Origin: Halodesulfurarchaeum sp.
GTDB taxonomy: Archaea; Halobacteriota; Halobacteria; Halobacteriales; Halobacteriaceae
NCBI GenBank assembly: GCA_034520565.1
Contig: JAXHNL010000002.1
Coordinates: 1,440,001 to 1,504,000 of the forward strand
DNA length: 64,000 nucleotides
Direction of reading: 5' to 3'
Below the pieces are notes generated by a model. That model was not told where the DNA came from. It saw nothing but the letters and a program-made list of their open reading frames with translations, and did not search any database. Positions 9,800-19,668 of this stretch are shown here, one piece after another. Positions within the stretch are counted from its first letter, which is position 1. Each line of letters starts with the position of its first letter. The position numbers and the translations under genes were made by a program.

Positions 9800-10213
9800 A
9801 TGAACCGACGAATCACGGGATTTACGCTCGTCAGTTTTGGTGCAGTCCTTCTTATCACCGGGATCGGATCGGCGCCAGCCGACCTTCCGAGTGCGGTCGT
9901 TGGAATGGGCCCGTTTCTGCTGATCGCAACCGCGATTGCGTTCGTCGGCGGATGGATCAGTTACCGACAGTTCAGGTCACGATCCGTCGGCTCCCCGGTG
10001 CCGAGTTGCTACTCGGCGCTCCGTTCGGCCACGATCGACCCCTCAATTCTGAGCTGGACGGTCAAATTCCTCGGATCGTCCCCGTACGTCGGTAGTGCCA
10101 CCTCTCGTGTTTCCGTTTCTCCGGGTCCGACAGTCAGATCCCCCACTTTGGCGAAACTGTCGTTTTCGACGTACCGAATGGCGATCCCGACCGTCGTGCC
10201 GTTCGGTCCGTGA
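9800..10213 (+). CDS. Small two-TM membrane protein (3' end uncertain, overlaps convergent gene)
   Basis: MNRRITGFTLVSFGAVLLITG...FLLIATAIAFVGGWISYRQF; the tail overlaps the 10009-10440 gene. Confidence 0.45.
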   Translation: MNRRITGFTLVSFGAVLLITGIGSAPADLPSAVVGMGPFLLIATAIAFVGGWISYRQFRSRSVGSPVPSCYSALRSATIDPSILSWTVKFLGSSPYVGSATSRVSVSPGPTVRSPTLAKLSFSTYRMAIPTVVPFGP

Positions 10214-10440
10214 TTGGTGACGGCGATCGTCGCATAGACGACGTCGTTTTCGACGACATTCGACCGGATGGATCCGACGACTCCTTCCGGTTCTGCTGTC
10301 GTCACTGTCGGCGTCGGCACGGCGGTCGTCAGTTCGCCCGTAGTCGTCTGGTCGGACGGCGGACTTCCGGAGGGTGCTGGTGCGGCACACCCGCTCAGGA
10401 CCACGAGAACGAGGACGATTCCGATGCGGATCCTCATCAT
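10009..10440 (-). CDS. Putative lipoprotein with Thr-rich linker and Ig-like domain
   Basis: Signal peptide with lipobox LSGC, P/T-rich linker, VTNHG...LTVGPGETET beta-sandwich pattern. Confidence 0.7.
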   Translation of the reverse strand: MMRIRIGIVLVLVVLSGCAAPAPSGSPPSDQTTTGELTTAVPTPTVTTAEPEGVVGSIRSNVVENDVVYATIAVTNHGPNGTTVGIAIRYVENDSFAKVGDLTVGPGETETREVALPTYGDDPRNLTVQLRIEGSIVAERSAE

Positions 10441-10534
10441 TCGAAAGTCACACTGCCTGGCATCGGAAAGGTTTCGATACGGGTGTTCGTCCGGAACGGC
10501 CCGACCGACCGTACCCGACCGAATGAGCCGTACG

Positions 10535-10714
10535 TCACGCGATGTACAGGTTCCGAACTCTGTATACCATATACGCCGTGGCCAGTCCCATCAGCAAGCC
10601 GATGAGCAGGAAGAGCTGTTGCCCCGTTTGCAGCCATCCGAGGAGGAATACGATGGCCGCGAGGGCGAAGAGGAGGACGGCGGCGAGGTCGAACGTGAGG
10701 TCCGTGTCGCTCAC
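10535..10714 (-). CDS. Small two-TM membrane protein (59 aa)
   Basis: GTG start; two hydrophobic helices. Confidence 0.55.
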   Translation of the reverse strand: MSDTDLTFDLAAVLLFALAAIVFLLGWLQTGQQLFLLIGLLMGLATAYMVYRVRNLYIA

Positions 10715-10839
10715 GGAACCCACCCCACGTCGATACGCGGTTGTCGGTCGGGAGCCGGATAGTCGGTCATGTACACGTCTATCGATGGGGTGTGATTTGA
10801 TGGTTTGCTTTCCGAAACTCCGTCGAACGGTGTCACAAG

Positions 10840-10936
10840 CGGGCCGGCCGCGATTGGAAAACACGGTCGGAGCAAAGTTCCTCCCCGCGTTCAAATCCTG
10901 CCTGCCGGTTCACTCGTCACTGCGTGACTCGCTGTA
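10840..10936 (-). repeat. tRNA-Lys 3'-end duplication module with hairpins
   Basis: cgggccggccgcgattggaaaacacg (10840-10865) resembles tRNA end cgggccgggcgcgatttgaacacg; inverted GTTCAAATCC at 10889-10898; hairpin at 10913-10931. Confidence 0.75.
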
Positions 10937-11010
10937 CGGGCCGGGCGCGATTTGAACACGCGACCGTCTGATTAAGAGTCAGACGCTCTGCCGGACTGAG
11001 CTACCGGCCC
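10937..11010 (-). tRNA. trnK: tRNA-Lys(CTT)
   Basis: Reverse complement: GGGCCGGTAGCTCAGTCCGGCAGAGCGTCTGACTCTTAATCAGACGGTCGCGTGTTCAAATCGCGCCCGGCCCG. Confidence 0.97.
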
Positions 11011-11117
11011 TCACCAGTGATTGGAACGCCCCCCGACAAATACGTTCTGACTTCCCGCCGCCCAGTCTCCGTGAAGTGTCGTGGGGGTTAAGTCCGATGG
11101 CCCGGAATATGAAATGA

Positions 11118-12569
11118 ATGAGCACACGCGGCACAATCTCTTCGATGTCTTCCTACGTTATTTTGGGGTGTGGTAGCGTCGGCCATTCGGTGGCCGAGGA
11201 ACTCGTCGAACGGGGGAAAACGGTTCTCATCCTCGACAAGGACCAATCGCGGGTCGAAGCGCTCCGGGACCAGGACCTCGAGGCGCGACAGGCCGACATC
11301 AGCGACCCGGAAATCAAGGAGGAAGTGGTGGGCTATGACGTCGCGCTGATCCTCGCCTCCGACATCGAGGCCAACAAGGCTGCGGTGGAGCACATTCGCG
11401 AGCAGGACACAGAACAGTTTCTCGTCGCGCGCGCGAGCGATCCGGTCACGAGTGACGAACTCTCCGCGCTCGGCGCCGACGTCGTCATCAACCCCTCCTC
11501 GGTCATCTCCGATGCCGCGCTCCGGGCGCTCGAATCCGGTGAGCTGGAGTACAAGGCCCGAAATCTGGCCGACGTGCTGACCGGAGCGAAAGGCAAAGTC
11601 GCGATCCTTACCCACGACAATCCGGACCCCGACTCGATTGCCAGTGCGGCCGCCCTCGAGGCGATCGCCGATCACCTCGACGTGGACGCTGATATCCTGT
11701 ACTTCGGGGACATCGGTCACCAGGAAAACCGGGCTTTCGTCAATCTACTCGACATCGAACTGACACACCACGACGCCGTCGACATCGAGGAGTACGACAC
11801 CTTCGCGATGGTCGACCAGGCCAAGGCCGGAACGGTCTCCATCGACGCGACGATCGACATCTACATCGATCACTTCGAGGCCGACGGGGAGATCGACGCG
11901 GAATTTTCGGACGTGCGTCCTAACGTCAGTGCCACCTCGACCATTCTGACGAAATATCTCCAGGAATTCGACATGACCGTCAGCGAAACCGTCGCGACGG
12001 CGTTGCTCTACGGCATTCGCGCTGAAACCTACGACTTCCGTCGGGACACGACACCTGCGGATCTCACTGCGGCGGCGTATCTCTATCCGTTTGCGAACCA
12101 CGACACCCTCGAACAGGTCGAATCGCCGAACATGAGTCCGGAGACCCTCGACGTCCTCGCGGAGGCCATCGCGAACCGGGAGGTCCAGGGGAGCCATCTC
12201 GTGTCGAACGCGGGGTTCATCAACTCCCGAGACGCGTTGGCCCAGGCTGCCCAGCAGCTCCTCAACCTCGAGGGCGTCACCACGACGGCCGTCTTCGGAA
12301 TCATCGACGATACGATCGATCTAGCAGCCCGTTCGAAAGACATTCGGCTCAATATCGGGTCCGTACTCCAGGACGCGTTTGCGGATATCGGCGAAGCGGC
12401 TGGCCACTCCACGCAGGCGAGCGCGGAAGTTTCACTCGGGATTTTCACCGGCATCGAAACGACCGAAGAGAACCGGGAGACGCTCCTGTCGCTCACGGGC
12501 GAGGCGGTAACCCGGACGCTCTTCGACGCGATGGGAGTCGAACAGGAAAACAGTACAAACGGCGGGTAA
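11118..12569 (+). CDS. TrkA-N domain + DHH/DHHA1 phosphoesterase
   Basis: ILGCGSVG Rossmann motif; HDNPDPDSIA, IGHQEN, IDHF, AAGH motifs. Confidence 0.9.
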   Translation: MSTRGTISSMSSYVILGCGSVGHSVAEELVERGKTVLILDKDQSRVEALRDQDLEARQADISDPEIKEEVVGYDVALILASDIEANKAAVEHIREQDTEQFLVARASDPVTSDELSALGADVVINPSSVISDAALRALESGELEYKARNLADVLTGAKGKVAILTHDNPDPDSIASAAALEAIADHLDVDADILYFGDIGHQENRAFVNLLDIELTHHDAVDIEEYDTFAMVDQAKAGTVSIDATIDIYIDHFEADGEIDAEFSDVRPNVSATSTILTKYLQEFDMTVSETVATALLYGIRAETYDFRRDTTPADLTAAAYLYPFANHDTLEQVESPNMSPETLDVLAEAIANREVQGSHLVSNAGFINSRDALAQAAQQLLNLEGVTTTAVFGIIDDTIDLAARSKDIRLNIGSVLQDAFADIGEAAGHSTQASAEVSLGIFTGIETTEENRETLLSLTGEAVTRTLFDAMGVEQENSTNGG

Positions 12570-12570
12570 C

Positions 12571-12867
12571 TCAGGCCGCCGTTTCCGCTTCTTCGTCTTC
12601 GTCGCGAAGTCGTTCGATCACGTCGCTGATCAGGATGACGTCCCCGACGGATCGGACCCATCGGTACGGGATGATGACGCCTTTCGAACCGGTTTCAGTG
12701 TTGCCAAAAAGCGTCGGGTTCAGTGTCGAGACCGCCAGTCCGTTTACGACTTCGGTGTCGAGATCCAGTCTGAGGTCTTCGACTTCCCCGACGAATACCC
12801 CGTTGTTCGAGTAAACCTCCCGTCCCACGATGCTCGTGATTTCCTGCGGGTCGTCCACGTCCATCAA
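12571..12867 (-). CDS. PRC-barrel protein, CdpB-like cell division factor
   Basis: EITSIVGREVYSNNGVFVGEVEDLRLD...IIPYRWVRSVGDVILI. Confidence 0.85.
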   Translation of the reverse strand: MMDVDDPQEITSIVGREVYSNNGVFVGEVEDLRLDLDTEVVNGLAVSTLNPTLFGNTETGSKGVIIPYRWVRSVGDVILISDVIERLRDEDEEAETAA

Positions 12868-12910
12868 CGAACTGACCGGACCCCCTTAACTGTTTAACCG
12901 ACAGCTTCGC

Positions 12911-13966
12911 TCAGGAAAGGAGCGGTTCGATATCGACGTGGTCGAACAGCAACCCGCGCATCGTTTCCACGGTTCGGGCATCCCGTACCCGGCCTCCGCG
13001 GATGAGCTGTTCGGCCCGTTCGACCGTCGCGAGGGTGTCCGTCCGGACGGACAGCACGGGAACGTTGCGTTCGCTTGCGGTTCCGAGTACTGCCGCCCGG
13101 TGGCCGAATCCGCCCGTCAGAATCAGTGCGTTGACGCCGGGTGCTTCGAGCGCAGCTCGTTGGATGTCTGCTCGGTCCCCGCCGGTGACGACGGCGGCGT
13201 CCTTCGTTCGACGGAAGTGCGACAGGGCTGCTTCACCCCCCATTGCCCCGACGAGCACCCGTTCAATGAACACCTCCTCGTCGGATCCGGTAAGGACACT
13301 GCCTCCGAGTTCGTCCGTGAGGTCGGCAACGGTTACACCGGCCAGTTCTCGATTGTGGGGGATGACGCCCAGGACGGGGATGTCACGCCCCTCGAGGAAC
13401 GGAACGATGTCCGACTCGACGAGGTCGAACATGGCGTCGGTCACGCCGTTGAAGACGACTCCGGCGATGTTGTCCTCGAGTTCCGCGGCGACGCTAAGTA
13501 ATCGATCGACGTCGTTGACTGTTTCGAGTCGTTCGAGCAGGAGGACTTCGGCGTCGAACCGCTCTGCGAGGTCGTCGTCCGCGAGGTCGACGATACTGCC
13601 CGTGGACACGCGGTCCCCACCTTCGACGATCATCAAATCCTGCCCCTCTGCGAGTGTTTCGAAGGCGTCGTCGATACGATTGTGGAGGTCCGAGACGTTC
13701 TCGCGGCCCCGAATCGCTCCTTCGACGAACGTCGTCGAGTAGACGATCGGCTCCATCTCGTGCATTTCGGCCTCGAAATCGAGTACTTCCCGGGCGAGCA
13801 TGGGGTCCGTGTCGAGCGTTTTCCCCACGTTCGATTGGAGGCGTGTGCCTTTCGGCTTCATGTAGCCGACAGACTGGTCTCGCTCCTGGGCGAGTTGGCC
13901 GAGGGCGAGTCCGACCGCAGTTTTTCCCGTGCTGTTCTGGCTCGATGTGAGCAGTAAGGTCTTCAT
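12911..13966 (-). CDS. Phosphotransacetylase N-terminal-like (BioD/DRTGG) protein
   Basis: STGKTA, GYMKPKG, IVEGG, VTGGDR motifs; downstream of acd. Confidence 0.9.
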   Translation of the reverse strand: MKTLLLTSSQNSTGKTAVGLALGQLAQERDQSVGYMKPKGTRLQSNVGKTLDTDPMLAREVLDFEAEMHEMEPIVYSTTFVEGAIRGRENVSDLHNRIDDAFETLAEGQDLMIVEGGDRVSTGSIVDLADDDLAERFDAEVLLLERLETVNDVDRLLSVAAELEDNIAGVVFNGVTDAMFDLVESDIVPFLEGRDIPVLGVIPHNRELAGVTVADLTDELGGSVLTGSDEEVFIERVLVGAMGGEAALSHFRRTKDAAVVTGGDRADIQRAALEAPGVNALILTGGFGHRAAVLGTASERNVPVLSVRTDTLATVERAEQLIRGGRVRDARTVETMRGLLFDHVDIEPLLS

Positions 13967-16058
13967 AGTTTGTCTGGGTCAACAGTGAGTCGTGTGTCCA
14001 CGGCCTGTACGCCATCCGGGCTCACGACGAGGGGATTGATGTCCAGTTCGAGGATGGCAGGGAAATCGGTGACGAGCTGTGAGAGTCGCTGAATACTTTC
14101 CACGAGTGCCTCCTCGTCAACTGGGTCCCGTCCCCGTGCGCCGCGTAGCAGGGGTGCAGAATCGATCTCTCCGATCATCGATTCGGCCTCTCGCTCGCTG
14201 ACTGGCGCCACTCGAACGGTGGTGTCCTCGAGGACCTCCACGAAGATACCCCCGAGTCCGAACAGGAGCAGCGGTCCGAACTGCGGGTCTCGATTCATGC
14301 CGAGTATCGTCTCCGTTCCCGCATCGACATCGACCATTGCCTGCACCTGTACCCCGAGAATCTGGGCGTCCGGTTGGTAATTCCGTGCGCGCGTGAGGAG
14401 GTCTTCGAACGCGTCGGTGACCCCCTCATCTGGGACGCCCACTTTGACGCCGCCGATGTCCGATTTGTGGAGGATGTCCGGACTGACGATTTTCATGACG
14501 ACGTCGCCCTCGATTTCTTTCGCGACCGACTGTGCGTCCTCGGGCGTTTCGACGATTGTACCGGGCGGTGTTTTGATCCCGTACGCGTCGAGAATCCCCA
14601 TCCCTTCGACGCCGATTCGGTTCGACCGTTTCGATGCCGATTCGAGGATTTCTTGGACGGTTTCTCGATCGACGTCGAATTCCGTGGGGGCTTCGTACTC
14701 CAGTTGCGTGATATTTCGGTAGGTGAGCAAGGCGTCCAGACTGCTCACGGCACGAGCCGGATCGAAGTAATTGGGGATTCCGTGTGCCCTGAAGGGTTCT
14801 TGGCAGGTTCCTTGATTCGATCGCCCCCCATCAAGGCCGTTGCGACTGGCGTTCCGTATTCGGCTTGGAGGGACGTGATGTCTTCTGCTAACTCGTTGTA
14901 ATCTAGGATGGCGATCGGGGACGCGATGACGATTGCGGTTCCGACGTTGTCGTCATCCAGCACGATTTCGATCGCTCGTTTGAAACGTTCGTTGTCGGCG
15001 TCCCCGATGACGTCGACGGGGTTGTAGATGTTGGCTCCGTCGGGAAGACCCTCCGAGAGCGCTTCCATCGTCTCGGTATCAAACGAGGCCATTTCGAACG
15101 CCGATTCCCCGATTGCGTCCGTTGCCATGACGCCTGGACCGCCAGCATTCGAGATGACGGCGATCCCGTTTCCGTCCGGAATCGGCTGCCCGTCGAGGAT
15201 CTGGGCGTAATCGAACAGCGACTGGACGTTTTCTGCTCGAAGCACGCCGGCTTGATCCAATCCGGCCTCGTAGGCACGTTCACTCCCTGCGATCGTGCCC
15301 GTGTGTGAAGAGGCCGCCTGTGCTCCGGCTTCCGTTCTTCCCGATTTCACGAGGACGATCGGCGTATTTTTCGTGACGGTTCTTGCCGTGTCGATGAACT
15401 CCCGGCCATCGGCGATACCTTCGAGGTAGCCCAAAATGACCGACGTGTCCGGGTCGGTATCCCAGATGTCGATGAAATCGGCCTCGTCGAGGACGGCCTT
15501 GTTGCCGAGTGAGACGATGTCTTTGAATCCGATTCCCTGTTCGTTCGCCCAGTCGACGACGGCAGTAATGAACGCTCCGGACTGACTCATGAAGGACAGA
15601 TTGCCCGCCAGTGGTTCAGCGGGACCGAACGTCGCGTTCATTCGACTGGGCGTACTTATCAGTCCGAGACTGTTCGGTCCGACGAGGTTCATCTCGTACC
15701 TGGCGGCGATTTCGCGGAGCTCCCGCTCTCGTGACGCACCCTCGCTCCCCGTTTCACCGAATCCGGCCGTGATGACCACGACGTTTTTGACGCCGTGTTC
15801 GCCCAGCTGTCTCGTTGCGTCCACCGCGATTTTCGGTGGAACGACGACGACGCCGAGATCGATTTGTCCGGTTAGCTTTGAAACGTCTGTGACTGCCTCC
15901 TTGTTCAGTACTGTCTCTCGTTTCGGATTGACCGGAACGACCTCACCGTCGAAGGTTTCGAGGTTCTCCATGATCGCCCGCCCGATCGATCCGGCTCGTT
16001 CGGTTCCACCAATGACGGCAATTCGCTCCGGGTCGAACAACCCGTTCGCGTCTGGCAT
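13963..16058 (-). CDS. acd: ADP-forming acetyl-CoA synthetase (alpha-beta fusion), split by a frameshift at ~14780-14800
   Basis: VGPNSLG, SQSGA, SLGNK, SSHTG (phospho-His), SNAGG, NPVDV; second ORF HKSDIGGV, DPQFGP, ELDINPL. Confidence 0.9.
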
Positions 16059-16245
16059 CCGTTATCCTCTTGCCGGGCGACCGGCTTAAACCCAACCGAG
16101 TTCGTTTTGAAACTTGCAGATTTTGCCATCCTGTGACCTGTGCAGGATTGGCTGCTGTGTGGCTCTGACGATGTACCTCATTTCGACCACAATTGGAGCC
16201 GGAGGTCTCTTCCCCTTTTGATATAGCGAGATACAGTTTATATGG

Positions 16246-17259
16246 TCACGATTCGTCGAGAAGTGAGTAAATATTCGCCTCGTAGACCGCTCGTACCCGA
16301 TCGCCCCAGTTGTGCGTGTAGGTATCGATAACGTCCGTCGCGACGTCCCCTCTGAGATACTTGACGATGCCCCGATCCCCCGTCCGATCCCGGAGATGCG
16401 TGGTGAAAAAGTGACGGAAGTAGTGGGGGGTGACGTTTTCTCCGGCCCCAGCTCCGGATTCGTACCACCCTCGGTCTCGAGCCCGGGACGTAACCAGATG
16501 GTGGACGTCGTTTCCCGTGAGACGCGTTCCCCAGTTACGTTCTGTGCTGGTAAATAGTGGCGAAGCTGGTGAGGTCGTATCCGGGCGAATCGCGAGCCAT
16601 TGGACGAGGGCGGTTCGAAGCTCATCGTCGATCGGGATGACCGTTTCGCGCTTTCGTTTGTTCGACATCTTCCGCTTTTCGCCGTTGTGTTCCTCGTTTC
16701 TGGTGGGTTCGTTCGAGACGTAGATGGTCTGTGGTCGGCCTTCCAGTTGTGGTCGGATCGGTCCTGACGGGATCGGTGTTTCGCCAAGATTGATATCTCG
16801 CAAATCGAGATTACAGGCTTCTCCCGCCCGTATACCCGTTTTTAACAGTAGTACGATGACTGCTTTCGCGAGTGGGTGGCCGACGGATCCGACGAAGGCT
16901 CTCATTTCGGGAACTGAAATGTCCCGACGGTTCGGATCCGTCGTGATTTGCTCGTCGAGTTCTTCCATTACGAGTGTCATCGGATTCTGGTCGAATATCC
17001 CGACTTCGTTCATGTACGCATAGAACCGGTGGAGGTAGGCCGCGTAACTCGCGACGGTACTTTCTGCGGCTTCATCGCGCAGCGTCGATATCCAGGCGAG
17101 ACAATCCCGGTGGGTGACTGTATCCAGTGTCGTCTCGGGGTCGAGCGAGTCTTCGAACTGGTGTAAGACGCGATCGTAGGCGTCTCGGGTGCGGTCTGAA
17201 CGGCCGTGGTAGGCCATGTCATCGAGGAAGTACTCGATTGGGTCGGTGGTTTCCGTCAT
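16246..17259 (-). CDS. XerC/D-like (XerA-type) tyrosine recombinase
   Basis: N-terminal SAM-like domain (STVASY..LHRFY); catalytic R (TGIRAGE), K (KRKRE), HYFRH, Y (DTYTH). Confidence 0.92.
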   Translation of the reverse strand: MTETTDPIEYFLDDMAYHGRSDRTRDAYDRVLHQFEDSLDPETTLDTVTHRDCLAWISTLRDEAAESTVASYAAYLHRFYAYMNEVGIFDQNPMTLVMEELDEQITTDPNRRDISVPEMRAFVGSVGHPLAKAVIVLLLKTGIRAGEACNLDLRDINLGETPIPSGPIRPQLEGRPQTIYVSNEPTRNEEHNGEKRKMSNKRKRETVIPIDDELRTALVQWLAIRPDTTSPASPLFTSTERNWGTRLTGNDVHHLVTSRARDRGWYESGAGAGENVTPHYFRHFFTTHLRDRTGDRGIVKYLRGDVATDVIDTYTHNWGDRVRAVYEANIYSLLDES

Positions 17260-17645
17260 TGCTCTTCGATGAGGGTGTACGTCCCGTTGCGGGGTTTGTG
17301 TGTAATTTTTCCCTCCTCCTGGAGTTCGATGACTGTGTTTTCGAGTTTCGACTCGAGATCGTTTGCGACCTTCTCGAACAGCTCTTCCCAGGTGAGGTCG
17401 CCATTTGTCTCGAGTGTTTGCAACACCGTTTCCCGGACGTTACCCCTGGGGTTTGACCCTGGAGAATCGGGTTCGTCGGGCTCGGTATCGCCGAACCCCC
17501 GGCGGCCGGCCTGCACCATCGTTCGAACGAACTCCGACTGGCTCATTTCGAGTTCGTCCGCGTCTGTCTCCCATTCTTCTTTCTGGAACGCGGGAACGTA
17601 GGTGGTTATGGCAGCCCGGTCGGTCTCTTTGCCAGATTCACTCAT
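17256..17645 (-). CDS. DUF5805-type protein (RHH-like N-terminus, wHTH-like C-terminus)
   Basis: TTYVPAFQKEEWETDADELEMSQSEFVRTMVQAGRRGF; 4-nt overlap with the recombinase gene. Confidence 0.8.
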   Translation of the reverse strand: MSESGKETDRAAITTYVPAFQKEEWETDADELEMSQSEFVRTMVQAGRRGFGDTEPDEPDSPGSNPRGNVRETVLQTLETNGDLTWEELFEKVANDLESKLENTVIELQEEGKITHKPRNGTYTLIEEQ

Positions 17646-17669
17646 ACAGACGATTAGGACGACGTTCCT

Positions 17670-17676
17670 CTTAAAA
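17670..17676 (-). promoter_or_regulatory. TATA box of the leaderless DUF5805-xer operon
   Basis: TTTTAAG on the minus strand 25-31 nt upstream of the ATG at 17645. Confidence 0.55.
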
Positions 17677-17684
17677 CTTGTACC

Positions 17685-17712
17685 TGTTAAAATAAACTAT
17701 CTTATTTGGATA
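17685..17712. other. Candidate dif-like Xer recombination site (11-6-11)
   Basis: TGTTAAAATAA ACTATC TTATTTGGATA: inverted arms with the ATAA-N6-TTAT core. Confidence 0.6.
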
Positions 17713-18571
17713 TACACTGTTGAAAATCGGCGGAATATTAGGTAATATTTTCTTTAATGCATTTCTCTCGTTACGAACACGTTGAATGTGTAAATAAAAA
17801 TTTCCCGAATTTGGATTTTTCATTTTGTTCGGGCGGGCTGCCAGAATTGAAAATTTGGCGTTGCGCTTTGCTGGTCCCCGCTGAAAAGATTCGATCGGTT
17901 CAAACGGCATGTATTGTCTGGATTGGACGGGCAGTAATATACTCTGTCAAATACGCCAGCTGATGTTACTTCTTTACTGAACCGCAATGGAGTGGCTTCC
18001 TTCTTGATGCGGTGGTTGTTTTTGTGGCATATACATACGTTAGAAGCTTGGTTCGATTTGATCCGAAGTGATTTTTCAGTTTGTTTCACTTTCCGCTGGT
18101 GGTGTGGTTTTCGGCTCGATCGTTCGAAATCAGGAAGTTCGATTTCGTGGTAAGTGATGTGGAAAGGACCGGAAATTCGTATCTCCGGCCATACGAGGCA
18201 GAGGAACACGACGTCAGCGTTTCATTTGTGGCTGGGCTGCATACTGGCCGAAATACGAAACATAAACTGTATGCTGCAATACAATTATGGGGGGACGGGT
18301 TGTTTGTCAGATGAATGGGTTCCGTCCACCACGATTGCAAAACTTGCAGTACCTTCGGCATTTCGCCATCACCTGCTGAATTGTCGCTGGCATAGTGGGT
18401 TGTCGGAGATGTTCATGCCACGGTTTTAAAAGCGAAAATTGCGAATCGAGGCTTCTCGTCATCCGAGATCCCTCCTATATATAATGGAAATAATTTAGTG
18501 CTGCTATCTCATTTAACAGTATAAACGTGGCGTTGAGGCCCGATATCCGCATTTTAGGCGCAATCACGCCA

Positions 18572-18581
18572 TCTATATAGA
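18572..18581. promoter_or_regulatory. Palindromic TCTATATAGA upstream of phoU (PHO-box-like or promoter element)
   Basis: Perfect 10-bp palindrome ~40 nt before the ATG; related CTATATATA at 18475-18483. Confidence 0.4.
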
Positions 18582-18620
18582 AATCGATTAGTTTACAGGT
18601 AATCGACGTTCAGTGGTCAT

Positions 18621-19625
18621 ATGGAACAGCGAAAGGTCCAGCTCACAGGGGGGTCGACGTTCACGATTTCGATTCCAAAGGACTGGGCCCGGGATCACGA
18701 CATCAGTGCCGGCGAGGAGATCGTCTTTCATCCGGATAACGGCTCCCTCCTTTTGACCCATTCCGCTTCGAACGAGCCGACGCGGGGCGAACTCGACATT
18801 TCGGGTCGTGATGGTGACGCGTTGATGCGGGGGGTCATGACGATGTACGTCAGCGGGTTCGACGAAATCGAACTCACCGCTGATCAGATCTCCCCTTCAC
18901 AGCGACGGATAATTCGAGAAGCGACACAGAGCCTCGTCGGGCTGGAAGTTCTCGAGGAGACTGTCGATACAGTCTTGATCCAGGATCTCCTCGATTCTGC
19001 GGAACTCTCGGTTCACAGTGCGGTCGAACGGATGCATCTGATCGCTCGATCGATGCTCGAAGACAGCATACAAGCCCTGAAAGACCACGACATGGACCTT
19101 GCGACGGACGTTATCGCCAGGGACGATGACGTCGATCGGCTCTGGTATGTCGTCTCTCGTATTTTCAGAGGGACGCTTCGCTCACCACAGATGGCCCGTG
19201 AAATCGGTCTCTCGCGGGAGAACTGTTTCGACTATCACTCAAGTGCACGGCAGCTCGAACGAATCGCCGACCACGCGGCGAAGATTAGCCAGTTGACCCT
19301 GGAACTCGATGCAAGCATTCCGGAACCGGTCGTGGATTCGCTCGATTCGCTCTGTACGGCGGCCACGGATATCATCGAAACCGCGGTCGAGGCACTGTTC
19401 GAGACCGAACCAGGGCTTGGAACGGAACTCGCGAACGATGCGAGAACTGGCGTGAGTGAAATCGACGACCAGGCCCGGGTGATCGACGATCAACTGCGAG
19501 AACTCGATCCCACCCGTGCGCGACATCTCGGGTTGATCGTCGACTCGCTCTCCCGAAGCGCCGATTACGGGGGGAACATCGCCGAAACGGCCCTCCAGAA
19601 GGCGGCCCCCGCGCCGGACGTGTAA
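18621..19625 (+). CDS. phoU: Phosphate uptake regulator (AbrB-type DNA-binding domain + PhoU repeats)
   Basis: RKVQLTGGSTFTISIPKDWA; DDDVDRL; LERIADHA; SRSADYGGNIAE. Confidence 0.92.
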   Translation: MEQRKVQLTGGSTFTISIPKDWARDHDISAGEEIVFHPDNGSLLLTHSASNEPTRGELDISGRDGDALMRGVMTMYVSGFDEIELTADQISPSQRRIIREATQSLVGLEVLEETVDTVLIQDLLDSAELSVHSAVERMHLIARSMLEDSIQALKDHDMDLATDVIARDDDVDRLWYVVSRIFRGTLRSPQMAREIGLSRENCFDYHSSARQLERIADHAAKISQLTLELDASIPEPVVDSLDSLCTAATDIIETAVEALFETEPGLGTELANDARTGVSEIDDQARVIDDQLRELDPTRARHLGLIVDSLSRSADYGGNIAETALQKAAPAPDV

Positions 19626-19668
19626 CGAATCCGTTCTTTTATCCCTCCTGACTGCCAAGTCGCCGCCG

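Noticed and set aside
16246-17259. Recombinase as the integrase of a provirus
   Set aside because: There is no adjacent tRNA att pair and no replication or capsid gene, and housekeeping genes flank it.
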